Sequence record: MT451983.1
DNA length: 32,000 bases
Origin: Microbacterium phage Ixel
Reading direction: 5' to 3' (one strand)
The number at the start of each line of letters is the position of its first letter. Position 1 is the first letter of the stretch. The position numbers were made by a program, and so were the translations under genes. This document shows positions 25,098 through 32,000 of this stretch, one piece after another. The notes under the pieces were generated by a model. The model made no database searches, was not told where the DNA came from, and saw nothing but the letters and a program-made list of their open reading frames with translations.

Positions 25098-26053
25098 TAC
25101 AGTGTCTCCTTGACTTGGGTGATGAGTTCCGGCATGCTGATGATATCCGGGCCGGTGCCGGTGTCCTTGTAGTACCTCGACCAGTTTACGCCGATGCGCT
25201 TGGTTCCACCAAGCCGGTTCTTGACGCTCACTCGGAGGTACGGGTGTACTTCAGGGTAGTACAGCGGGGTGTCCTGGAGGTGTGGCCTGCCGACCTCACC
25301 CTCGGGGTCGAGCGGGATGGTGGTCTCGATGCTGCCATGCTGGTCGTATGCGACAGCCGGGAGCTGGAACGCTCGAAGGCCCTCGGCCAGATTGTGCAGG
25401 AACATGGCCAGATCCTCACCGTGGAAGTGGAACGGCTCAGGCATCTCCCGCATCGTGTACCGGGCCACATCGAAGAACATGACGCAGGCCGGGAAGCTCT
25501 GCTTGTTCAGCATGGCTCCGATGCTCGGGTCGGCGACAGGGCCAGCGAACAGCGCGTTGCGAGCGGCCCCGTAGCTGGCATCCTCTCGGAGGTCGAATAC
25601 GGCCTGAGCCATCCTGCAGGCGACAGCCAGGCTGCGCACGAGGAGCATCGGCTCAGGGATGCCGGTGAGCTTGGCTGAGTATCGACGAGCGTAGCGCTCG
25701 TGCTTCGGCTCGGGGTAGGTCTCCTCCAGGAGGGAGAGGTGGATGATGTCGTCATCCAGCACGACGATGTGCTCGTAGCCCCGCTTCTCAGCGTCGCGGA
25801 GGGCCTTCATCCTGGCAGGACCGATGCCTCGCTCGTTCTCGACGATGACTCTGGCCCACGGGTAGCAGGACCGGTAGCCCCGAGCATCCTCCTCCAGAGT
25901 GACGATGTGCACTCGGCGCTGGACGGCTGCGGGAGCGTCCTTCAGCATCTCCAGGAGGGGAGCTACCCCGTACCTGAACGCGCTCGGCACGTAGATGGGA
26001 TACAGCCACGAGGACTTAGATTTCCTCAGTAGCGACAGGTGTTCGTTAGTCAT
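25097..26053 (-). CDS. Glycosyltransferase-like protein (GT-A-like, resembles phage DNA-base glycosyltransferases)
   Basis: 318 aa from MTNEHLSLL; YPIYVPSAFRYGVAPLL, RVHIVTLEEDARGYRSCYPWARVIVENERGIGPARMKALRDAEKRGYEHIVVLDDDI (DDD motif). Confidence 0.65.
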   Translation of the reverse strand: MTNEHLSLLRKSKSSWLYPIYVPSAFRYGVAPLLEMLKDAPAAVQRRVHIVTLEEDARGYRSCYPWARVIVENERGIGPARMKALRDAEKRGYEHIVVLDDDIIHLSLLEETYPEPKHERYARRYSAKLTGIPEPMLLVRSLAVACRMAQAVFDLREDASYGAARNALFAGPVADPSIGAMLNKQSFPACVMFFDVARYTMREMPEPFHFHGEDLAMFLHNLAEGLRAFQLPAVAYDQHGSIETTIPLDPEGEVGRPHLQDTPLYYPEVHPYLRVSVKNRLGGTKRIGVNWSRYYKDTGTGPDIISMPELITQVKETL

Positions 26054-26297
26054 GGCTCCTCCAGCCGTCCCACTCGAATTCGCCCTTGATGGGCCTGCTG
26101 TTGATGTCATGGACTTGGGAGTACATGCCCTCCCTCGTCGTCACAGTAGCGAACTCACCCTCGGGGTGAGGCATGTTCAGCTCCCGAGCTACAACGTCCT
26201 CGACCGGCTCGATGATGTGGAAGTGGTCGCGGCCGTCTTCGAGTGCGGTCACTCGGCCATGCCAAGGGCCACCATTCAGGTGGATTGTCTGCGCCAT
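26046..26297 (-). CDS. Hypothetical protein
   Basis: 83 aa; RBS CAGGAGTCCACCCTC-ATG, overlaps the next start. Confidence 0.7.
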   Translation of the reverse strand: MAQTIHLNGGPWHGRVTALEDGRDHFHIIEPVEDVVARELNMPHPEGEFATVTTREGMYSQVHDINSRPIKGEFEWDGWRSHD

Positions 26298-26322
26298 GAG
26301 GGTGGACTCCTGGGTAGTGCCC

Positions 26323-26360
26323 TCCCCCCGAGCCGGAGGCTAGTCGTCAGCTCGGGGGGA
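26323..26360 (-). terminator. Strong hairpin between leftward genes
   Basis: Perfect 11-bp arms TCCCCCCGAGC (26323-26333)/GCTCGGGGGGA (26350-26360). Confidence 0.6.
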
Positions 26361-26372
26361 GAGTCGGTTAGA

Positions 26373-26519
26373 TCACTTGCGCTTGGGGAACCAGTCGCGC
26401 ACGCCACGAGCGATACCCACGGCGATTGCTGCGATGAGGATGAGAGCGCCTACCCAGGCCAGCAGGTAGAACGACCAGACCATGAAGGCCCACAGTACTT
26501 CCCAGACCGGCATGCTCAT
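26373..26519 (-). CDS. 48-aa membrane protein MSMPVWEVLWAFMVWSFYLLAWVGALILIAAIAVGIARGVRDWFPKRK
   Basis: Start overlaps the stop of the ThyA-like gene (26516); clear TM segment. Confidence 0.6.
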   Translation of the reverse strand: MSMPVWEVLWAFMVWSFYLLAWVGALILIAAIAVGIARGVRDWFPKRK

Positions 26520-27304
26520 GTCTCGTCCGCCTCGGAGTTGAGCATCCGCAGACGGACCTGCTCGGAGATGGGTCGCGGCTCCCACACACGACGGTCCAGG
26601 CGCTCCTGGGTGTCGGCTGCGGTCTCTGCCAGAAGCTCGAAGTGCCTCGGGTAGACGTGGAGGTTGGCCACTTGGAAGGTGATGTCTCCTCGGGTCAGCT
26701 CGGGGTACGCCATCTCCAGCGCGCCGAGGAGGTGGTCCATGAGCACGTTCCACATCGAGTAGTCGGCACGGTAGCCGAACACGGCATCCATGCTGCGCAT
26801 CTGCGCGATGATGTGGAGCTGGTTGCGCTCGTCGATCATGAAGTTGAGCGCGTTCGTGCAGATGAAGTCGTTCCGGCCGTTGTAGCGGGCCAGATCGTGG
26901 ATCTCCCGGTCGCTGATGATGGCGACAGCGTGCCTCGTGCCCAGGCCCTCCCCCAGGAAGGTGTCGACCACTCGATCGAACAGGGTGTACTGAGGGCTCA
27001 TCAGGTTGGCTGCGTGGCGCTCGCCGAAGAGCACGTACCCGTAGGCGCTGTTGACTCGGCCATCGGTCCCGGCACAGGCCTGGAACAGAGCAGGCACGGG
27101 GCCTTCCATGTCTTCCAGCTTGTCCGAGCCGCTGAAGAACCAGTCCAGCTCTCGGCGGACCCAGTCCTTGTTGACCTGGCCGATCATGGAGTCTCGGTCG
27201 GCGATCCAGTCCACCGAGTAGAGCACTCGGTTGCCGGTACGGGGGTCGATCTGTGCCTCGGCCAGAGCCAGGACCACATCATCGATGGTGTTACGGTGCA
27301 GCAT
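26516..27304 (-). CDS. Thymidylate synthase-fold enzyme, candidate dCMP hydroxymethylase
   Basis: 262 aa from MLHRNTIDDVV with RBS AAGGAGGACACT-ATG; ICTNALNFMI (catalytic Cys), MRSMDAVFGYRADYSMWNVL, LHVYPRH; Asp at the Asn discriminator position. Confidence 0.8.
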   Translation of the reverse strand: MLHRNTIDDVVLALAEAQIDPRTGNRVLYSVDWIADRDSMIGQVNKDWVRRELDWFFSGSDKLEDMEGPVPALFQACAGTDGRVNSAYGYVLFGERHAANLMSPQYTLFDRVVDTFLGEGLGTRHAVAIISDREIHDLARYNGRNDFICTNALNFMIDERNQLHIIAQMRSMDAVFGYRADYSMWNVLMDHLLGALEMAYPELTRGDITFQVANLHVYPRHFELLAETAADTQERLDRRVWEPRPISEQVRLRMLNSEADET

Positions 27305-27426
27305 AGTGTCCTCCTTGGACGGTCGCTGCGGGTATGGGGCACCCGCAAACCCATTGTAGCGCATAGAACTTTTCCCCACAAGGGGCTGGCCACACCTAGA
27401 GCGCCTGCTAGGTGTGGCCAGGGTAC

Positions 27427-27582
27427 TCAGAACGGATTCGACAGCGTGTCGCCGCAGGCCGGGGTAGGGTGACCCTCCAGGGCCATCAGCTCCAGTTTGG
27501 TCACCGGCCAGTCCTGGCGGATAGCCGTGAGAGCCGAGGCTGTCACACTCTCCCAGGTCCTCGGGAACTCGATCATGGACAT
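27427..27582 (-). CDS. Small hypothetical protein MSMIEFPRTWESVTASALTAIRQDWPVTKLELMALEGHPTPACGDTLSNPF
   Basis: 51 aa, start overlaps end of next upstream gene (27573). Confidence 0.55.
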   Translation of the reverse strand: MSMIEFPRTWESVTASALTAIRQDWPVTKLELMALEGHPTPACGDTLSNPF

Positions 27583-27881
27583 GTGCCCTCCTCGTCTCGG
27601 GCTAGCTCTGCTGCCAGCGCCTTGGATGCTTCGAATTGTGCGATCTTGGCGTTCGCTGCTGCCAGCTTGCGCTCCAGGATGCCGATCTTGATGTTGGCGC
27701 TCCTCAGCTCAGCTCGGAGAGCGTGGGCCGACTTGGGCTGACGCTCCTGGTGCTCCAGGTACTCGACTCGCACCTGATCGCGCTGTTCATCGGTGAGGTT
27801 CTCCCAGGCGATGCCGGGGCTGAGGGTCAGGTACCAAGCCTTGACGGCTGACCAGACGGCCTTGTCGGTGATGTGGTCCAT
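27573..27881 (-). CDS. Hypothetical protein with C-terminal coiled-coil-like segment
   Basis: 102 aa, coupled to neighbours. Confidence 0.65.
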   Translation of the reverse strand: MDHITDKAVWSAVKAWYLTLSPGIAWENLTDEQRDQVRVEYLEHQERQPKSAHALRAELRSANIKIGILERKLAAANAKIAQFEASKALAAELARDEEGTCP

Positions 27882-28147
27882 TACTCTGCCGCCGTCTCGA
27901 GGTTGCCCATGAGGGTCTCGACGTCGATGTCGTCGAGCATGCTGGCTGCGTCGTCGAGCTGGCTGATGGCCTCCTCGGCTGCGTAGCCTCGGTCGCTGCC
28001 CTGAAGACCCTCGGGCATGTTGTCGTAGTACTCCTGCTCCTCGTCACGGATCTGCTCGATGGCCTCCTTGACCTCGTTCAGCAGGTCCTCCAGGGGACCG
28101 AGCTTCTCGATGATGGCCCGAATGTCCTTGCGTCGCTGGTTGTTCAT
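27881..28147 (-). CDS. Hypothetical acidic protein
   Basis: 88 aa from MNNQRRKDIRA, RBS AAGGAGAGC. Confidence 0.65.
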   Translation of the reverse strand: MNNQRRKDIRAIIEKLGPLEDLLNEVKEAIEQIRDEEQEYYDNMPEGLQGSDRGYAAEEAISQLDDAASMLDDIDVETLMGNLETAAE

Positions 28148-28219
28148 GATGCTCTCCTTGCGCTGAGTGCTGATGGGGTGGTACTTAGAAGTTTGCACCA
28201 CCCCATCAACTTTCTCAAA

Positions 28220-28954
28220 TCAGGCCTCGATGCCTCGGCCCTGGCTGACGGCCTTGGAGCCGGTGTTCGCGTTCTTGCCAGCCGCGTAGCCCTGGCCGTT
28301 GGCAGCACCTCCAGCGGTCGCGGTCCGCGCACGGCCCTTGCCGAGCTTCTTGGAGTCCATGTGGCTCTGCACCTTCTCGGCGCGGGCCACCAGGACCAGC
28401 TCGGTGCCGGTCTTGACGGTGGACATGGCCTCCTGCTTGGCCTCCCGCAGCTTGGCACCGACTCCGGTACCGAAGCCCTGGACGAACGCGCGGCGTGCCT
28501 TCTCCTGATTGTAGGCAGAGTCCCAGGAGTAGTTGTCCTTGTTCTCCTTCCACCAAGCCCGGACCGCAACAGCGGCCTGGAGCTGGAGGGAGTTGATGAG
28601 GACCTCGGCCTGCTTGACGTCGCTCTCGAAGCCCACGAGCCAGATGACGAAGGTCTTGCCCTTGTCGTAGCCGGTGTTCTGCATGCCCCGGAGGTCTCCG
28701 AGGTTGCGGACCACGTTCCAGGCCAGGTTGAGAAGCTCTCCGCGGAACGCTCCCTTGAAGTAGAGCGGCTGCTCGATGATCTTCTCGGACTCCTGGCCCT
28801 TCTTGGCCCGACGCTCGTCGATGACGGCCTGGTCGATGAGGTACTTGGCCATCATCTTCTGAGCGGCCTGGGTGAGTGCTTCCGCCTCCTCGGGAGTGGT
28901 GCTCTCGGCCTTGGCCAGCATCTGAGCGATGAGGTCGATCTTCTTCTCGGTCAT
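28220..28954 (-). CDS. DUF2786-like protein
   Basis: 244 aa; KKIDLIAQMLAKAESTTPEEAEALTQAAQKMMAKYLIDQAVI matches the DUF2786 N-terminal pattern. Confidence 0.7.
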   Translation of the reverse strand: MTEKKIDLIAQMLAKAESTTPEEAEALTQAAQKMMAKYLIDQAVIDERRAKKGQESEKIIEQPLYFKGAFRGELLNLAWNVVRNLGDLRGMQNTGYDKGKTFVIWLVGFESDVKQAEVLINSLQLQAAVAVRAWWKENKDNYSWDSAYNQEKARRAFVQGFGTGVGAKLREAKQEAMSTVKTGTELVLVARAEKVQSHMDSKKLGKGRARTATAGGAANGQGYAAGKNANTGSKAVSQGRGIEA

Positions 28955-29008
28955 GGTGGACTCCTATTGCGCTAGAAGGGTGAACTTGCTGATAACGTCA
29001 AGTATTGC

Positions 29009-29365
29009 TCACCCTCGACGCTTCCGCAAACCTTTCTTCCGAGTTTTCTCCAACTCGCTCCCATCCGTAGTAATGGCTAGGGTGAGCTGGGTGATGACCT
29101 CCTCGAAGTCGTCGCTGTCCCAGGCCTTGACCGCTGCTTCCAGTGCCGGGAGGGCTACCCGACAGACCCTGAGCTGCTGGTCGGTCGAGGCGTTCTTGCC
29201 CTCGTGCTTCTCCTGGTTGCGGAGCTGCCAGTACTCAGCCGTCTGCATCGAGTGGAGTGCCCCCGTTGCTGCCAGATGCGACTCATCTGAGATGAGCCCT
29301 GACTGGGAGCACTCCACCAGAAGCGCGATGATGACCTGGCCGGTTTGGCGTCGGTCCGCGTTCAT
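29009..29365 (-). CDS. Hypothetical protein
   Basis: 118 aa from MNADRRQTGQ, overlapping upstream gene stop. Confidence 0.6.
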   Translation of the reverse strand: MNADRRQTGQVIIALLVECSQSGLISDESHLAATGALHSMQTAEYWQLRNQEKHEGKNASTDQQLRVCRVALPALEAAVKAWDSDDFEEVITQLTLAITTDGSELEKTRKKGLRKRRG

Positions 29366-29610
29366 GAGATGTCGGCGGTGAAGTACAGGCCCACGAGGCC
29401 GTCGAGGTTGATGTCCGGGAAGGCGTTCCGCATCTCCGGCCAAGTCATCACCCGAGGCTCGGGGTTGCGCGTGACCAGGGTCTTGCGTGCTCCCTGAGCG
29501 ATGGCTTCGAACTTCTCGTCAGCGGCCTTCTGAGCCATCTGGAGAGTCTCATGCCGATGGTGATCGTACATCTCGGTGCTGGCGAAGATGACTGCGTATG
29601 CGAGCGCCAT
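29362..29610 (-). CDS. Hypothetical protein
   Basis: 82 aa, overlaps on both sides. Confidence 0.6.
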   Translation of the reverse strand: MALAYAVIFASTEMYDHHRHETLQMAQKAADEKFEAIAQGARKTLVTRNPEPRVMTWPEMRNAFPDINLDGLVGLYFTADIS

Positions 29611-30038
29611 CAGTTACTCCTCTCGACAGTGGCCTCGTGGCCGACGTATGCCTTGCCGTGGGCATCGGGGAGCATCTCACGCCAGGATGACCCGACGCTC
29701 CCCGTGACCTTGGCGTGGGTGATAGCTGCCTCGGCACAGTCCTCGCACCGAGCACAGTCCTGATGGAGCTGCGTGACCTTCCATGCCTCGGCTGAGTAGC
29801 GCTGGTTCAGCGCCTTCATCTCATCCAGTGTGGCCACACCTGACGCCACGACAGCGGCCTGAGCCCATCCGAGCCAGCGGCCGATCTTGGTCTCCGACAT
29901 GGTCTCGTCGAGCGTCATGCGGTCATGCATGCTGACAAGGTGCCGGTAGGTGAGGTCGGGATGCAGCCCCTCAACGAAGTGCATGCCCCGCTCCCAGGCG
30001 AGTTCGAGTGTCTCCTTGAACGCCTTGCGCTGATTCAC
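29610..30038 (-). CDS. Hypothetical protein
   Basis: 142 aa, coupled starts/stops; CARCEDC motif. Confidence 0.65.
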   Translation of the reverse strand: MNQRKAFKETLELAWERGMHFVEGLHPDLTYRHLVSMHDRMTLDETMSETKIGRWLGWAQAAVVASGVATLDEMKALNQRYSAEAWKVTQLHQDCARCEDCAEAAITHAKVTGSVGSSWREMLPDAHGKAYVGHEATVERSN

Positions 30039-30529
30039 TGGATCACGTCCCCGTTCCGAAGCCGAGCCTGCTGGATCAGTGGAGTGGTGTACGGGTCAAC
30101 GAAGACCCGACTCTGAGCCTCGCTGTACGGTGTGGCCACATCACCGAGGACCACGCGCCGAGGCTGGGACAGGTACTCTCTGACTTCCTGCGGAAGCCCC
30201 TCCCAGAGCTGAGCCAGCGTCTTGGACAAGCTCTCGATGATGGGCGCGAACGCCTCCTGGAGCACCTGGACGAAGTTGTTGATGACCTCACTCAGGTACT
30301 TACCGATCGCTTCGAGCTGAGCCTGCTCTTCGGGAGTCAGCTCCTCGCCTGCGTCCAGCTTGGCCTGGCAACGGCTGAGCACGTCGAGCATCTCGTTGGT
30401 GTCCATCTGGAACGACGGCTCGGGCACCCCTGGACACTGCACGAACTCGGCGGTGAACTCAGACGCTGGCTCCTGCCAGACGTGGGAGGCGTGCGGGGTG
30501 GCCTCGTCACACTGTGCTTCCAGCATCAC
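30035..30529 (-). CDS. Hypothetical protein
   Basis: 164 aa, coupled to neighbours. Confidence 0.65.
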   Translation of the reverse strand: MMLEAQCDEATPHASHVWQEPASEFTAEFVQCPGVPEPSFQMDTNEMLDVLSRCQAKLDAGEELTPEEQAQLEAIGKYLSEVINNFVQVLQEAFAPIIESLSKTLAQLWEGLPQEVREYLSQPRRVVLGDVATPYSEAQSRVFVDPYTTPLIQQARLRNGDVIQ

Positions 30530-30783
30530 GCACCGACCGGGGCATAGTGCGTCAGCAGCTTGTCGAACGTGAACTCACGCAGCTTGCCGATGGTGTGCGG
30601 GGCCTTGGGAGCCTTGACGACCCGCATCGTGCCAGGCGACGACAGCGTCGGGAGGGAGACGATCTCCACCTCTCGGAACTTCGGCTTGGCCTTGCCGGTC
30701 TTGCCTCGGTCGGTGTTCCGCTGATCGATGTCGACCCAGCGCTGTCCGACCTTGACGTGGTTGGAGAGTTCGATCTGGTTCAC
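30526..30783 (-). CDS. Hypothetical protein, GTG start (VNQIELSNHVKVGQRWVDIDQRN...)
   Basis: 85 aa; AGGAGG RBS 6 nt before GTG; first gene of leftward block. Confidence 0.6.
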   Translation of the reverse strand: MNQIELSNHVKVGQRWVDIDQRNTDRGKTGKAKPKFREVEIVSLPTLSSPGTMRVVKAPKAPHTIGKLREFTFDKLLTHYAPVGA

Positions 30784-30861
30784 TTGGTGCCTCCTCAGGC
30801 GGGTACGTGTGGCCGGTGGTAGCCACCCCACAAGCATGCCCCATACAGGCCCCGAGAGCAA

Positions 30862-31338
30862 GCTCGACTCTGCCGGTCCTAAAGATTACCCTTTAAGCAC
30901 GCGTGCGCGCGCTACTATAGTCTAAGAACACCGTTAGTAGCCCTCACTGCTCCGAAGGAGCTAAGTGAGGGTGGCAGGCAGGGGAGGACAACGCGCGCTC
31001 CCAGCGGTCACGTCACCCTCCGCTCAGCTACTCCTTGCGGTGACGCATGCTCGCTCGGGGCCTGACGGCCCGCTCGCATACGCCAACGTAGACTGGCTCG
31101 GCGACGGTCGCTTGACGGCTGTTCGCTTGCTTGAAGGTGTTTGCGCTGCGGGCCAGTGTGTGCAATGCTTGTGGGTGCGGGCCTGCTGGCTCGGTAACAT
31201 CAACTAGCCTGGGCTGACAGATGAGCCGAGTGGCTTCGGTAACCACGACATGATCCACGGTTGAAGCAGACAGTGGAGCCGAGTAGAGCAACAGCAGGCC
31301 CGCTCCAAACATTCACACCACACAAGGAGTCCACCAAC
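30862..31338. promoter_or_regulatory. Divergent intergenic regulatory region
   Basis: About 0.5 kb without convincing CDS between leftward and rightward gene sets; local AT-rich TACTATAGTCTAAG and TTTAAG next to alternating CG. Confidence 0.5.
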
Positions 31339-31569
31339 ATGGAAAGTCAGGTTCCCCAGAACCCGGTTCCGGTTCAGCATCCGCAGCCGGTTCCGGCCGT
31401 GCACCATCAGGCCAACGTCGACGTCAAGGTCGCTCGTGACCGTGCTCAGTACGTGCGTCAGCAGAAGGGTCACTCGTGGCTCGTCTGGTGGCTGCTCCTC
31501 GGGCCGATCACTCTCTGGATCCCGGCTGTCTACTACAGCTTCAGCCCGAACCACTACTGGCACCTCTGA
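31339..31569 (+). CDS. Small membrane protein
   Basis: 76 aa from MESQVPQNPVPV; RBS AAGGAGTCCACCAAC-ATG; TM WLVWWLLLGPITLWIPAVYYSF. Confidence 0.65.
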   Translation: MESQVPQNPVPVQHPQPVPAVHHQANVDVKVARDRAQYVRQQKGHSWLVWWLLLGPITLWIPAVYYSFSPNHYWHL

Positions 31570-32000
31570 TGGCCAGCCAGGAGCAGGAGACGTCGATGTA
31601 CGATCAGCCGACGCTCTTCGAGGTAGACGGCGGACCTCGCAAGGACGGTGCTATCCAAAAGCCCTCCAAGAAGCACAAGAAGAAGGCTCGCTCCCTCCGG
31701 GACATGGCCTTCGAGACCACGCAGGCGGCACAGACGGTGATGAGGCACGAGATGGAACGTGGGGTTCACAAGCCGCAGCGGCTCGGAGAGGTGCTCGACG
31801 AGGTCGTCGGCCCTCAGCCCGACCAGGGTGATGCCTCCGAGCTGAGCGACTACGGGCTGTTCGAGCAGGACGTGCCCAACCTGGCCCTGGAGGTCATCGA
31901 CCAGCACGGTCAAGGCCTCCGCACAGGGATGCGGGAGTGGGCCATCATCCAGGGGATGGTGGAGGCGGGCATTCGCCGGGGCTACGCCGAGCGCGGCTAG
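31569..32000 (+). CDS. Hypothetical basic N-terminal protein
   Basis: 143 aa from MASQEQETSMYDQPTLF, TGATG overlap with upstream; stop TAG at 31998-32000. Confidence 0.65.
   Translation: MASQEQETSMYDQPTLFEVDGGPRKDGAIQKPSKKHKKKARSLRDMAFETTQAAQTVMRHEMERGVHKPQRLGEVLDEVVGPQPDQGDASELSDYGLFEQDVPNLALEVIDQHGQGLRTGMREWAIIQGMVEAGIRRGYAERG

Noticed and set aside
1-32000. Integrase, immunity repressor or transposase
   Set aside because: No ORF in the window shows motifs for these; lysogeny cannot be judged because the genome is incomplete.

Overview
The window is a contiguous 32 kb piece of a high-GC, tailed (siphovirus-like) phage genome. An Actinobacteria host is inferred from codon/GC character, an LAETG sortase motif and PAKKA-type basic tails. 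The rightward late block (1-10.4 kb) encodes tail assembly chaperones with a recognisable programmed -1 frameshift site, an 812-aa tape measure with five 44-aa repeats, FN3 and collar-type minor tail proteins, an M23 peptidase (lysin candidate) and three small membrane proteins. Two strong hairpins then separate it from a long leftward block (10.5-30.8 kb) carrying replication and recombination genes: RepA-like helicase/primase, VRR-NUC nuclease, acidic ssDNA-binding-like protein, RecA/Sak4-like ATPase, Cas4/RecB-like nuclease, family A DNA polymerase and SNF2-like helicase. Also there are one unusual tRNA, a histone-like basic protein and a sortase-anchored (LAETG) secreted protein. The most interesting part is 22.8-27.3 kb: a MazG/PRA-PH-like pyrophosphatase, an unknown protein, a dNMP-kinase-like protein, a glycosyltransferase-like protein and a thymidylate-synthase-fold enzyme. 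In that enzyme the pyrimidine-discriminating Asn is replaced by Asp, as in dCMP hydroxymethylases. Together these look like a complete candidate pathway for making, and probably glycosylating, modified cytosine in phage DNA. A divergent intergenic region (30.86-31.34 kb) precedes a new rightward gene set. All function calls come from reading motifs; no database search was run.
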